Shown here: in pieces, positions 9,203 through 21,100 of the stretch | How the letters are laid out: each line of letters opens with the position of its first letter | Position numbering within the stretch: position 1 is the stretch's first letter | Source of the DNA: a virus | DNA: 63,164 nucleotides | IMG/VR virus record: IMGVR_UViG_3300022166_000001 | Reading direction: 5' to 3' (one strand) | The notes under the pieces: model-generated | Told to the model about the DNA's origin: nothing | Database searches by the model: none | Seen by the model: only the letters and a program-made list of their open reading frames with translations | Program-made: the position numbers and the translations under genes

Positions 9203-9867
9203 TGCCTGATGTACTATACAAACAAGACAACACTAAGGTTGTTAACCACAACAAAGATGAAAAAGAATTAACTGATTCTTTGTTTGCTGAAATCAAAAGT
9301 AAGTTTGATTGGTTCAATGAGATTGACCACAGAGCAGTATCAGACAAATACACACATGAAATCCTCGGTAACCAAGTTATTAGAACTTGTGTAATGCTTC
9401 CAACAGCAGAGGCTATGGTTGGTAAACGACTTGCAACAGCTCATCGTTTGTTTGATGTAGATACTAACACTTCAATGTTGTATAGTACAATACTGTTTGC
9501 TGATGAACAACCATCATGGGCGCATCCTGATATGTTTATCATTGGTGTGACTGAGCATTACGAAGAATATAACAAACCAGTTAATCCTGATATGTTAACC
9601 TTTAAGGAATATTTCTTTGTAACAAGTACTGAAGGCGCTCAAACATTAGGATTAGATCTTACAGGTGTTAACCATGATACAGTCTTTAGCGCATTAGTCA
9701 AAGACGATCAAGTAGTAGCTTACCGTAGATACTCTAACTTTGTTGAGACAGATACTGGTGTACTAGCTAACTGGCAAATGGCTTATGTAGTACACGCTAA
9801 ACTAGCTCGCCGCATGGACTTAGTTCGTGCTTTATTTGCTAACCCTTTTATTGAGGTTGATGTATGA
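9202..9867 (+). CDS. Hypothetical virion-module protein (alternative GTG start at 9193)
   Basis: TAATG coupling to the upstream gene and ATGA coupling downstream. Confidence 0.5.
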   Translation: MPDVLYKQDNTKVVNHNKDEKELTDSLFAEIKSKFDWFNEIDHRAVSDKYTHEILGNQVIRTCVMLPTAEAMVGKRLATAHRLFDVDTNTSMLYSTILFADEQPSWAHPDMFIIGVTEHYEEYNKPVNPDMLTFKEYFFVTSTEGAQTLGLDLTGVNHDTVFSALVKDDQVVAYRRYSNFVETDTGVLANWQMAYVVHAKLARRMDLVRALFANPFIEVDV

Positions 9868-10280
9868 AATTAGTGATGATGTCCCATGAGGATGTAATAG
9901 CTTTTTGGGACACAGTAGCTACTCATCTCAAAAAGGCAATGGTGTATGGTCAAGGTGAGTCTCAACTCTCTGACTATCTCCGAAAGATTTTAAACAATGA
10001 TGCTCAATGTTGGGCACTTATAGAGGATGCACGTATTACTGGAATTGGTTTAACTGAATTCCTACAATATGCTACTCATAAAACGCTTCATATCATTACG
10101 TTCTCTGGTGAGGACTTTGAGAAGCAATCAAAGGTATTTTCCACTGTGGAAGATTTCGCTAAGAATAGCGGCTGTAAAGCTATTGAACAATGGGGCCGAC
10201 AAGGGTGGGCTAAGGTACTTCCTAAGTATGTACCCGGATTTGAACAAGCGTACGTAGTTATGCGAAAGGAAATAGAATGA
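9864..10280 (+). CDS. Hypothetical protein, 138 aa
   Basis: ATGA overlaps on both sides. Confidence 0.55.
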   Translation: MKLVMMSHEDVIAFWDTVATHLKKAMVYGQGESQLSDYLRKILNNDAQCWALIEDARITGIGLTEFLQYATHKTLHIITFSGEDFEKQSKVFSTVEDFAKNSGCKAIEQWGRQGWAKVLPKYVPGFEQAYVVMRKEIE

Positions 10281-10921
10281 GTATTTTTAGTGATATCTTT
10301 GGTGGTGGTAATAGTGGTACAACCACTCAATCAGTCCCTGCTTGGTTACAACCATTTATGGAGAAAGCCGCTAGCACTGCAACTAGCGCTTACGATGCAG
10401 GTGAATTAAGTAAAGTAGCTGGTGAGAATCAAAACTTAACAAGTGGTTTTGATCTTGGTCAGACTATGAAGGACACTACGGGAAAGAATCTGGGAACGCT
10501 AGAAGAACAGCAAGCTAGGATTCTGAAGATGGCTCAAGGTGGTGGTCGTGAAGACTTACAAGCTGCTCTTGATTTAAACCTAGGTAAAACTAGTGCTGGT
10601 ATTGGTAATCAATACGGTGCAGCAGGTACATTAGGTTCTGCACGACATGCACTAGCAGAAGATACCGCTAAAGGCGCTATTATTGCTGATAACGAGAAGC
10701 AGATTATGGCTAATAAAGCTGCTGCAGAAGCTGCATTATCAGGTAACGTTGCTAATGAAGGTTCATTGATTAGTGGTACTGCTAATACCCTAACTGGTTT
10801 AGGTAGCCAAGAACGTGCTGTAGATCAGTCACAACTAGATTCTACATGGCAAGGTGTACAACGTATGTCATCTGCTGTGTATGGTAACCCTGCTAAACAA
10901 ACTGCTATGGGTGGTAAATAA
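10277..10921 (+). CDS. Internal virion/ejection protein candidate (Gly/Ala-rich)
   Basis: Low-complexity Ala/Gly/Thr-rich 214-aa ORF immediately upstream of the giant internal proteins. Confidence 0.5.
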   Translation: MSIFSDIFGGGNSGTTTQSVPAWLQPFMEKAASTATSAYDAGELSKVAGENQNLTSGFDLGQTMKDTTGKNLGTLEEQQARILKMAQGGGREDLQAALDLNLGKTSAGIGNQYGAAGTLGSARHALAEDTAKGAIIADNEKQIMANKAAAEAALSGNVANEGSLISGTANTLTGLGSQERAVDQSQLDSTWQGVQRMSSAVYGNPAKQTAMGGK

Positions 10922-11367
10922 TGAACAGACAAGACCCTTGGGATTGGTCAACGCCTTTTAAGGTTGACCCTCAATTACAAGCTTTAACTTCGCAAATTGT
11001 ACCTGTGGGTGGTCAAGGGAATACCCAAGCACCTCCTCCAGTAGCACCTTATTCTAGTCCATTCCAACAGGCTATGACTAATAGAGCTATGAATGCTGGG
11101 TTTAAAAAGATTGATACAGAGTACGATAAAGCATTCCCTTCAAAGCCAGAAGTACCACCAACACCGCATGATCCTTCCAAGGTTCCGGTAGAAGATGCTG
11201 TACCCACACCTGTATCACAACCTCAAGCTGCAAACACAGTTCCTACTTTAGATGTAGGTAGTGCAGCTGCTGACGCTCAAGCCAAAGCCTTATTAGATGA
11301 ACAATTAGCTCAACAAGGTTCAGGTGGGCTTATGGCTATGCTAACTACTGCTGCAGAAGCCGCTTAA
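10921..11367 (+). CDS. Internal virion protein candidate (Pro/Ala-rich)
   Basis: TAATG coupling; 148 aa, proline-rich. Confidence 0.5.
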   Translation: MNRQDPWDWSTPFKVDPQLQALTSQIVPVGGQGNTQAPPPVAPYSSPFQQAMTNRAMNAGFKKIDTEYDKAFPSKPEVPPTPHDPSKVPVEDAVPTPVSQPQAANTVPTLDVGSAAADAQAKALLDEQLAQQGSGGLMAMLTTAAEAA

Positions 11368-11377
11368 GGAGAAATAA

Positions 11378-14300
11378 ATGATTGCACCTTTGTCTGCAAA
11401 ACAAGAACGTGAGTGGGCTAAACACCACGCTAAAGAAGCTCGTGAAACCAAGAAAATGGAGAACGAGGAAAGTCGTAAACAAGAATTACACGAGATTAAA
11501 ATGCAAGAAGCAGCTGTTAAAGCTGGTCAAGGTGTTGCTCACAAAGAAGAGCTACATAATCTCAAAGTAAAAGAATTAGGCGGTCCGCTTTCTGGTAAGC
11601 GTATGAACCGAGAAAAGATGGGGTTACCAAGTAACAACCCTTTAGCCGGAGCTGAGGTATTCCACAGAGGTCAGCACATGTTACCTAAAGGTACTGATAC
11701 CGTACCTGCAATGCTCACTCCAGGTGAAGCTGTTATTCCTAAAGCTGCTGCTCAAGACCCAAAGAATAAGCCTTTAATTAAACAAATGGTTCAACAAGGT
11801 CGTCAAGCACAGTATCATGCTCAAGGGACTACTGGTATTGTTCAACAACAAAACTTAATCCCTATTCTACCTAAGGTAGCGCCTAAGCGTAATCCAAAAG
11901 GATATGCCGAAGGTACTGAATCAGTCCCTAATTTAAATAACTATTATCACACAGACAGTGCTGCTTCTATGGAAGATGGTACTACCCAAGTTGAGCCTCA
12001 TTACTACACAGTTGGTACTACTGATGTTGGTCAACCGCCTCCTGTACCTTTAAATGAGTTATCTGCTCAACCGTCTTTTACTGGTGAGTTGCCTGATAAC
12101 TATACAAGTTTTGTTATGCCTACTGTATCAGATGGCGTTAATGTAGCTGGCCCTATTGGTGGTGACGATTTCCAACGACAATTAGTTGAAAAACGTTTGC
12201 AACGTGAAGCTGAATTAAAGCAAAATGCAATTAATGAGCAAGATGCTCGTTCTGCCGAATACCAAGAGCAGCTAAAGAATAAGCCTGTTGCAGCACCTGT
12301 ACCCGGTTACAACCGTATGGGTAACGTTGCCTCTGTAGTTCCAACAGATAAATATGCTCCACCAGCAACACCTGTTGTTCCTGTTAAGGTTGAAGAACCT
12401 GTTAAAGTAGAAATGCCTGTAGCTAAAACAAGCACTTATAAAGTTATGGATGCCAATGGTAAGATTGTTGATATGGGAGATCCTGTCAAAAATATTATCA
12501 ATAAGTCTTTCCAAACAGAAGGTGGCTTTGTTGCAGATGATGCAGGACGCGGTCCAACTAATCATGGTATTAACTGGGAAGCTAACCAAAAAGAATTAGC
12601 TCAAATGGGTTATTCTCGTGATACAATGGATAAGCTTACTCGTGAAGATGCCGCTAAACTTTACGAGACTAAATACATTCGTGGTCCTGGGTTTGATAAG
12701 TTATACGCTACTAACCCTGCATTAGCTAACGCTGTTATTGATGCAAGTATTAATATGGGTCAAGATACTGCTAAGAAACTCTTAGAAGCTTCTGGTGGTG
12801 ATGTAATTAAGTTTAATGAGTTACGTAAGGCTCAATATGATAAGATCATTGCTAATGATCCATCTAAAGCTAAATACAAGAAAGCTTGGTACGAGCGTAC
12901 AGACAAAGCTGCAAGTATGAATCCTGCCGCTACAGTGGGTGAACAACGTTTAACTCCTTTAACTTATCGTGAACAGATTACTAAAGGTAATTATGTACCT
13001 GAGTTTGCTGATGATCAGTACAACCCAGACGTTAAGCAAGTTGGTGAAGTAGTTCCTCGTTTAGATGACTCTGGTAATGTTGTAACTAACAAACCAACAG
13101 TTCAACCAACTCCACAAGTAGTAGCAGAAACCTTAAAGACTACTAATCCACAAGTAGATGCTGCATACAATGCTGCTAAAGGTGATGACCGTACATTCTT
13201 AGAAACATTTAAAGACATTTTCTCTTACAAAGGTTTGAAAGATGCTTTAGGTTTGAATAACCAAGATGTTGCTCGTATGGGTGCAATGTACTTAGGTTCT
13301 CGTGCTCGTGGTTATGATGGTGCCCGTTCATTATCATTTGCTGGTCGTACTACTTTTGAAAATTCTCTACACAGACAAGATCGTGAAGAGCAGTTTAAGA
13401 ACAGTATGGCACTACAAGATCGTGCAGATGCTCGTCAAGCTAACATGCTTAACGAACAGCACCGTAGAACTATTGAAGCTAAACTCATTGAAGCAGGTTA
13501 CCCACAAGAAGCTATTGATAAATACTTCAAGACAAACGATGCTCGTCAATTAGGTGAGCCTACAAGAACTACTGTTCGTGTTGGTGAGTCTCGTACTATG
13601 ATGTCTACTGATCCTGCATTGTATAACAAGCCTATTGTTGTACATACAGTTGAAGAAAAGACAGGTAAACGTAAAGGCGATCGTTATGAAGTTGCAACTA
13701 TTGATGGTCGAGAAGTACCTCTAGACGCATTACAAAAGCAGGGATTATCATTAACACCTTGGAGCGAATCTACTCATGGTGTAACAGGTAAGACTGAACG
13801 TCAGATTAAGAATACTAAGTTTGCTTCGGAAGTAGCAGATGAAATTCTTACTGCTGAATTAGGTGCTGATAACGTCAAAGGTAAAGCCAACCCTAACCGT
13901 CAAGGTATTCCTGGACCTAAACAAATTGCTGATCAAGCTGGTAGTTATTTCTCTAATATTGGTTTCAATTTAGAAGATGGTCGTCAGATGCAAGAAGCAA
14001 GATTGTTAATGGGTAATGCTACTAAAGATATGCTTGCAGCTAAAAATGCTGGTACTAAAATAAACAGCATTGAGCCGTACTTAGCTCGTAACGTAATTAC
14101 TCAACGCATGGGTATTGATCCTAACGCTTTGATGTTAGAAAAAGATAAACCAATGCCAGCTGAAAAGATTGTTGACTTGAATAACCTTGCTCGTAGATTC
14201 TCTGCAGTAAGTAATGACGGTAAACCTAATGAAGCTCAGGCAACAAGTGAAATTCAAAGACTACATCAAGTGTGGGCTAACCCTAAGAGTGCTAAGTTAA

Positions 14301-14383
14301 GAGAGCAATTCAAAGGTACAAGCAACGAAACTGCTTTCTATCAGTTCGCTACAGAAGCTCTGAGAAAGAGCCTTGAGAAATAA
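11378..14383 (+). CDS. Giant internal virion protein with a GH108-type muramidase plus PG-binding-like region
   Basis: AAGGAG RBS. FQTEGGFVADDAGRGPTNHGINW resembles the GH108 EGGY...D.GG.T.yGI signature and is followed by a YIRGPGFDKL...ANAVIDASINMG region. Confidence 0.65.
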   Translation: MIAPLSAKQEREWAKHHAKEARETKKMENEESRKQELHEIKMQEAAVKAGQGVAHKEELHNLKVKELGGPLSGKRMNREKMGLPSNNPLAGAEVFHRGQHMLPKGTDTVPAMLTPGEAVIPKAAAQDPKNKPLIKQMVQQGRQAQYHAQGTTGIVQQQNLIPILPKVAPKRNPKGYAEGTESVPNLNNYYHTDSAASMEDGTTQVEPHYYTVGTTDVGQPPPVPLNELSAQPSFTGELPDNYTSFVMPTVSDGVNVAGPIGGDDFQRQLVEKRLQREAELKQNAINEQDARSAEYQEQLKNKPVAAPVPGYNRMGNVASVVPTDKYAPPATPVVPVKVEEPVKVEMPVAKTSTYKVMDANGKIVDMGDPVKNIINKSFQTEGGFVADDAGRGPTNHGINWEANQKELAQMGYSRDTMDKLTREDAAKLYETKYIRGPGFDKLYATNPALANAVIDASINMGQDTAKKLLEASGGDVIKFNELRKAQYDKIIANDPSKAKYKKAWYERTDKAASMNPAATVGEQRLTPLTYREQITKGNYVPEFADDQYNPDVKQVGEVVPRLDDSGNVVTNKPTVQPTPQVVAETLKTTNPQVDAAYNAAKGDDRTFLETFKDIFSYKGLKDALGLNNQDVARMGAMYLGSRARGYDGARSLSFAGRTTFENSLHRQDREEQFKNSMALQDRADARQANMLNEQHRRTIEAKLIEAGYPQEAIDKYFKTNDARQLGEPTRTTVRVGESRTMMSTDPALYNKPIVVHTVEEKTGKRKGDRYEVATIDGREVPLDALQKQGLSLTPWSESTHGVTGKTERQIKNTKFASEVADEILTAELGADNVKGKANPNRQGIPGPKQIADQAGSYFSNIGFNLEDGRQMQEARLLMGNATKDMLAAKNAGTKINSIEPYLARNVITQRMGIDPNALMLEKDKPMPAEKIVDLNNLARRFSAVSNDGKPNEAQATSEIQRLHQVWANPKSAKLREQFKGTSNETAFYQFATEALRKSLEK

Positions 14384-14398
14384 TTTAAAAGAGGTGAT

Positions 14399-17300
14399 AT
14401 GGATAAATTAGAACAAACGCTAATGGAGTTAGGAGTCAATTCAAAAGATATCCCTAAAGCCTCTAACTTTAAAATTGAAGGTGGTAGCTTGAAGGATGCT
14501 GATACAATCCTTCTTGATAACGGGACTACACTGAGAGTTCCCGGTATCAACGCTCGTGAATCGGGCAAGCTTAAAGAGGAGGGCTTTATCGCCCCTCAGT
14601 TGGGAGCCGACACACAGACAGGCTTAGTTAGAGATGTTATCAATCAGGAAGGTTATGCCACCCCTTCTCTTGGTACATCCAAAGATATTTACAAACGTAA
14701 CTTAGGTGAGTTAACAGATGCTAATGGTAAGCCATTGTCAAACCGTTTACTTGAGCTAGGTTACGTTGATCCATCTATTTCTGTTACACAACAGCAAATG
14801 GATTCAGCTTATTTGGGTCGTCTAGATAGAGCTAAACGTCAAGCAGAAGGTACTCAGACAGTAGCGGATAAGCTATTAACTGACCTTAATATTGAGCGTA
14901 ATCAAGGTGGTGTACAAGCAAAACGATACACTAACACTGCTAAAGAATTCGGTCAAGCTGTTGGTGAAGGTACGTCAAGTGACTACTTTGCTGGTCCTGC
15001 AGTTATTAGACCTGAAGAAGATCGCTATGGAAGAGCCAAGAGTAACTGGTCTACAGGTTTAGACATTGGTACTGCTCAAATGAAACAAGGTTGGTTTGGT
15101 GCTTTAGACTTAGTCGGCACTAAAACAGGTATTGATTTCTTAGCTGACATGGGTAAGGCAAACGTAAAACAACAAGAGTCTATCTTAAGAGACCTCCCTT
15201 TCCTAAAGAACGCTGAAGCCTTTGATGATAAAGGTCATTGGAAGCTAGATTCATTTGGTAAAGTAGTTGACTATTCAGTTGGTATGGCTGCATCATCAGC
15301 CCCTCAAATGGTAGCGTCTGTTATTGCAACTATGGCTTCACCATTAACCTATGGTGCTTCAATGTCAGTTCCTGCAGCTATCTATACAGGTAATGTATGG
15401 AATGCCCAAAAAGAAAAGAACGCTACTGCAGCTATTTTGTCAGGTGTAACACAAGCTGTTCTTGATAAAGTAGGTTTAGAAGGTATTAGCGCTGGTGCTG
15501 CCCTAAAAATTACTGACAAAGCTACACAGTCAATGGTTGTTAAAGAGCTTATGGGTAGAGGTATTACTCAAGAAGCTGCTGAGAAAATGGTTCTTAAATC
15601 TACCCAAGAAGCGGTTAAAGACGTATCAGATGCTATGAGAGCTGTTGCTATCAAACAGAACTTAGGTGCTGGTGCGGTTATGGGTGCTATTGGAAAAGGC
15701 GCTGTATCCGAAGGTGGTACAGAAGCATTACAAGAGATTGCTTCTTATTTAGGTGAAGAAGTTACACTAGCACCAAAGACACCTGAGGAATGGGCTAAGC
15801 TACAAAGCCGTACAGCTAATGCTGCGGTTGGTGGTGCTATCCTTGGTGGTGGTCTTTCAGGTGCTGGTAAAGGTTTAGCTACACTAACTAACTCAGCAGC
15901 TTCTACTAAAGAAGGTTCTGACTTACAATACAGAGAACGATACAAGGCAAATAACAATACAACTACTGTTCCTACTGCTTCTGAACTTTTAGTTAAAGCT
16001 CAAAAGAATGTTAGTCAATCAAATGAAATCCCTGACTTAGATAAGTTAGCTGAGATGGAAACTACTAAACGAAACATTGAAGGTGTAGCCGCTAAGACTG
16101 GTTCATTCTTCAAGGATAAAGGTTTAACATCTTTGTTTGGTAAGTGGTCTAATGTGATTATGAAGGGTAAAGATTATGCTGATGAGTCTCTTGCTGCATT
16201 AAGCACCTTACTTGGTTCTACTCGTGCTGTTAATGGTTTATCTATTGATGAAACTCAACACTTACTAGAATCAAACATCTTTAAGAACTTTGGTAATAAA
16301 GAAGAACTACAGTCAGCTTTTAATGGCATGTCCACTAAAGAAGCATCTGCTCTGTTATCTAAACAGAATGTAGTTGATGTAGTTAGTCGATTGATTCGTA
16401 ACAAACGTTTAACTGGTTCTATTGATGGTCTTGATATTGATGCTGACCTTGGTGCTGATGTACTACATAAAGAAGGTATTTTAAAATACGCTAATAAGAT
16501 TGATAACCTAGTTAACGATTATAATAGAGCAACAGGTAGTGATATCTCCGTAGAAAGATTCTTAGAGAACCATCCATTAGATAAAACACTAGTCTCTAAA
16601 AACTTCAATCAATTTATTTCTGATATTCAAAGTTCATTTGGTGTTGACCAAGCTGAAGCCACTCAAATGGCTCAAGCGGTATTAAACAATAATGATGTAA
16701 ACAGTATTGAAGACACAATTGATGATTGGCTAAACCCTGATGCTAATAAAATTAAAAGCAAAGCAGAAATTGAAAAGAAACTTAATGGTCCAGAGTTAAA
16801 AGCTAAATTTGCACCTTATATGTCTACTGATTTGCTAGACAATGCTTATTCATTAGCTGCTCGTGGCGCTGCTATTGCAGTTAACAAAGAATTAATTGGT
16901 AAAGATGGTATTAAGCTAGCCACATTACTTCAAGATGCAGTTAATAAAGGTGCAATTACTCAAGCAGAAGCTTCATTCATGGCTAAGGAAATTAAAGATT
17001 TCCTAGATATGAGAGCAGGTAAGTTCCACCCTATTACTAATGAGTACGCTCGTGGTGCATTGAATTTGGTTAATTTCTTATCTACTATTACTTCGCTACC
17101 ACTAGCTGCTATTAGCTCTACTGTAGAGTTTGCTCAGGTATACCGTAACTTAAATGCACCTCAGTCCGTTAAAGCTACTCGAATTCTTCTCAATACTTTT
17201 GGTAAAGAGTTTGGCGCTTTATTCAAAGAGCTAGGTGAATCATTTGGAATTAAAAACCCTACGGCATCTAAGCATCGTAGGGAATTATCTGAAGCTGGCT

Positions 17301-18193
17301 TCCTAAGAGAAGGTGGTATTGGAAATCGTAATGACATTTTAACAGGTTATTTCCAGAAGTGGAATGAAGGTTTCTTCAAGCTTACTGGTTTGACTTCTAT
17401 CACCGCTGTTACTCGTCACGCTAAGCTAGCTATTGCTGCTGATGCCATTAATCATTGGGTTAATGTTGCTCAGGGTAATGGTACATTCACACCTCAACAA
17501 GTTCAAGATGCCAAAGAGCATTTGATTCGTATTGGTGTTGACTTAGACTTTATGACTAGCATTGAGAAGGATACTCCACAGAATCAACAGAGAGTGTTAG
17601 CCAACTTACAAGCTGGTGCATACAACTTTGTTAACGAAGCTGTTGTTGTTCCTTCACAACTTAACAGACCTAAGTTTTATAGTGACCCGTACTTGAAGTT
17701 GTTTACTCAATTTCAAGGTTACACCTCAACATTCACAGCAACTACTCTTCCAAGATTACTAGGTGATCTAGGTAAGAAAGGTTCTGATGACCAGCGTAAT
17801 GCTGCCGCAACAATTGCCATGATGTTTGCTTTATCTATGCTTGCTCTGTATGTAAAAGACATGATCAAGTACAATGAGCATCCACCTAAATGGCTAAAAG
17901 AAGATAAAGAATTTCAACGTTTGATTAACCAAGTAGGCTTACTAGGTACTGGTCAACGTATTTGGGATACTATATCTCCTACCGTTGGTAATGATAAAAA
18001 GGCTAACAGTATTCTTGGTCAGGTATATGACCAGATCTCTGATCAATCACCCCAATTATCATTCATCAACAAAATCAATTCTGCTTTATCAGCACCTGAG
18101 GGTAAGCGAATTGAAAAGGGTGCCAGGTTGCTTCCTATTGTTGGAACAAGTCCCGCCTTGGCTAAATATTTACAAAAAGAATTAGGAGAATAA
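14399..18193 (+). CDS. Giant internal virion protein with an N-terminal staphylococcal-nuclease-like domain
   Basis: DADTILLDNGTTLRVPGINARES...DIYKRNLGEL...NRLLELGYVD parallels the SNase pattern DGDT...RL.GiDtPE...DkYGR.La...LvrqGlA. Confidence 0.6.
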   Translation: MDKLEQTLMELGVNSKDIPKASNFKIEGGSLKDADTILLDNGTTLRVPGINARESGKLKEEGFIAPQLGADTQTGLVRDVINQEGYATPSLGTSKDIYKRNLGELTDANGKPLSNRLLELGYVDPSISVTQQQMDSAYLGRLDRAKRQAEGTQTVADKLLTDLNIERNQGGVQAKRYTNTAKEFGQAVGEGTSSDYFAGPAVIRPEEDRYGRAKSNWSTGLDIGTAQMKQGWFGALDLVGTKTGIDFLADMGKANVKQQESILRDLPFLKNAEAFDDKGHWKLDSFGKVVDYSVGMAASSAPQMVASVIATMASPLTYGASMSVPAAIYTGNVWNAQKEKNATAAILSGVTQAVLDKVGLEGISAGAALKITDKATQSMVVKELMGRGITQEAAEKMVLKSTQEAVKDVSDAMRAVAIKQNLGAGAVMGAIGKGAVSEGGTEALQEIASYLGEEVTLAPKTPEEWAKLQSRTANAAVGGAILGGGLSGAGKGLATLTNSAASTKEGSDLQYRERYKANNNTTTVPTASELLVKAQKNVSQSNEIPDLDKLAEMETTKRNIEGVAAKTGSFFKDKGLTSLFGKWSNVIMKGKDYADESLAALSTLLGSTRAVNGLSIDETQHLLESNIFKNFGNKEELQSAFNGMSTKEASALLSKQNVVDVVSRLIRNKRLTGSIDGLDIDADLGADVLHKEGILKYANKIDNLVNDYNRATGSDISVERFLENHPLDKTLVSKNFNQFISDIQSSFGVDQAEATQMAQAVLNNNDVNSIEDTIDDWLNPDANKIKSKAEIEKKLNGPELKAKFAPYMSTDLLDNAYSLAARGAAIAVNKELIGKDGIKLATLLQDAVNKGAITQAEASFMAKEIKDFLDMRAGKFHPITNEYARGALNLVNFLSTITSLPLAAISSTVEFAQVYRNLNAPQSVKATRILLNTFGKEFGALFKELGESFGIKNPTASKHRRELSEAGFLREGGIGNRNDILTGYFQKWNEGFFKLTGLTSITAVTRHAKLAIAADAINHWVNVAQGNGTFTPQQVQDAKEHLIRIGVDLDFMTSIEKDTPQNQQRVLANLQAGAYNFVNEAVVVPSQLNRPKFYSDPYLKLFTQFQGYTSTFTATTLPRLLGDLGKKGSDDQRNAAATIAMMFALSMLALYVKDMIKYNEHPPKWLKEDKEFQRLINQVGLLGTGQRIWDTISPTVGNDKKANSILGQVYDQISDQSPQLSFINKINSALSAPEGKRIEKGARLLPIVGTSPALAKYLQKELGE

Positions 18194-18197
18194 TTCT

Positions 18198-21100
18198 ATG
18201 GCTATTAACATTCCATCCGGAGCTAATGTACCTTCACTAGGTCAGAGCAACCGATTCCTTGAAGATCAACTTAAACAGCAAGTACCTGTTGTACCATCGC
18301 TAGATGTAACAGACGAGTCTATTGCAGCTCGACAAGCAAATGCTATGGGAGAAATCCCTCAGAATATGCAATCAACAGGCAGTGTACCTGCTGTAGGTTA
18401 CCAAGGAGAAGAGGAAGATTATCCTTCTTTTGCTGCTTCGGGTGTTAAGGCACCTACCTATGAACCTTCACCTTTCAGTGATGTCATGGAAGGTATGCCT
18501 TCTCGTTTGATGGATATCCGTGGTAATGAGATTACGGATCCAGAAGCAATCCAACAAATGTATGAAGAAGAACGTAGCCGACAAGCTAACTTAATGAAGC
18601 CACTTAACAAGGACTGGACTTCAATTAAAGAACTTCGTGATGCGTTCCCTGATTCTGCTAAACCTACTCAAGCTGGTATTATCCAGCGAGCTTCTAAAGC
18701 TATTGGTGAAACATTAGCGGATACTACTGTTACTCTTCGTGACAGTAATTCACCTACTGCTGTTCAGCTTTCAGCAATGACTCGATTGAAGTCAGGGCTA
18801 AACACATCAACTGCATCTACTGCTAACGTAGTTAACATGGCAGGTATCCTGATGAGTCCTATGATTTCAGGTGCAGCTAGTCAAGGTAATGGTTCTGTAG
18901 CTGCTAGCGAAGAAGCGTCTGATGTAGACTTTGGATACGACTCTATCAATGATCTTCTCCGTGATGACGGCGAAGGCCCAGTTGAAATGACTGCTGTTGA
19001 TGGTGCTATGCCTCGTGCTTCAGTAGCTAAGACATATGGTCGTTTGATGAAGAAGTTAGCTCAAGGTTCTGCTCTTGATGCTAACAATCAACCGCTTGAC
19101 CCTTCTACGATGCCTCGCCAAGATATTAGTACTGAAGAAGCAGGTGAGATTGGCTTGCAAGCTGAGATTGATGCTGGTCATTTAGTTGAGGATGTATCAC
19201 CTGAAGGTATTGAGTTAGTCCGTATGGCACCTGGCTTTGGTCATGAGCGTTACGTTACTTCTCGTGCTATGGGTAAAGAAATGAACGCAGCTATGGCTGG
19301 CCAAAAGCAGCGTGTGCCTGTATCATCTAAGGGTAATTTAGTAGGTGCATCAAGGAACATTCGTACTGGTGATAAGAAGAAACATAAGTTCAAAAACACA
19401 CCAGAAATGGATGAGACTAAACGCATTGTTGGTTCTATTGCTAAACACGTAGGTGCTGGTAAAGCTGTTATTGGTTCCTTATATGTTAATCAGTTACTAA
19501 ATCAGTTATCAGACCCTAATCGAAGCACACCTTTGAATGTATTGCATCTATTTAAGATTAGTCAAAAAGATGCTAATGATGCTTACAATATGTTTGGTGA
19601 TGACTACTTTATGCCAAACTCTAAGGTGCCTGTTAAAGAGTTGACACCTGAAGCTAAGTCTATTAAAGATAAAGTTGCTGATTTACTTAAAGAAAGAACT
19701 GATCACCTAAATGAGGTTGCTTTAGGGCAAGCTTACTTTACACCTGCATGGGAAGACTATAGTACACACCGTGTGTATTTAGACCCTCGATTTAATGCTC
19801 AACGTAATAAGTACACTCGTGCTGTTGAATCTTTTGTTTCACCATCATTCCAGTTAGACCCTACTACTGAGTATCATACTAAGGGTGTTAATCGTGAAAC
19901 CGCTAATAAGTTCTGGGAACGTATTGGTGAGTTATCAAAGAACAAGAATGCTAACTTATCTGCTAAAGAAAAGGAATTAAGCTTCTTAGCTACATTAGGT
20001 CGTGTCTTAGATGTTGGTTCTAAAGTAGGTATGAAGACTGAACAGATGGTATTCCCTGAGATGCTATCTTTAGTAACACCTGACTTTATCCACGAAGCAG
20101 CATTCATTGGTGATGCCCTAAAGAGTATTGTACCTACAAACAAAGGTGATTTGCTTAAAGGATTTGACAAAATTGAGTTTGGTTTATTAGAACCTGTACA
20201 GCAAAAAGCATTAGCAAAAGTAGCTGACTTGGCTACAGGCATTGGTGACCGTGAAACATGGGGCTATGTATTACAAGCTTATGTAGATGCTGCTGATTAT
20301 GTCAACGCTAAGCGTAATGGTACTGGATTTAACCCTAAGGTAACAATTGCGATTGATGCTAACTCAGCTGGCTTAATGTTCCTTGCTTCTGACATTGGTA
20401 ACTTTGACATTCTAAGCCGTGTTGGTTTGATCTGGGAATACTTATCTGACGCAGAGTTCCAAGATACTATGCCTGAAGGTGATCCACGTCGCTACTTTAC
20501 GGATGTGGCTAAAGAACAGAGTATCAGTACTACATTTGGACCTGATAAGGTCGATACATCGGCGCTCTGGAAAGAAAAGCTAGATCAATTTGGTGGTATT
20601 GGTGTCAAAGGTGCAGGTCAGTTTAACAAAGAGTTCGCTAAGAAAACTCTACTTACAACTGGCTATGGTAAATCTTCAGCGTTCCACGTAGACGAAGCAA
20701 GAGCTTTCTTAAAAGAATACCCTGAGTTTGCAACTGAAATGTTGGAGTCAGCTGAGTACAATGGCGATAGTACTAAATTAGTGCATGACCTAAACGACAT
20801 CTTGAAGAACACTGTGAGAACAGCTCTACAAGAATGGCAGTTTACTACGCCTAAAAAGACAGTAGCTACTTTACAAATGTTCAATAGAGTACCACACCCT
20901 ATTGGTAAGTTTGGTGAAGAGCTAAGCTTTGGTAGATTCGGGTCTATTGAATCAGGTAAATCTGTTGAGATCAAGAATAAGAACAAGAGCAAGGCTCGTA
21001 AGATCAACACTAGTATTACAGTGTTTGACCCTATGGCACCTGCCAAACGTAAAGGCACAACAGATGAGTTTGGTAATGAGGTAATTCCAGGTCCAGGTAC

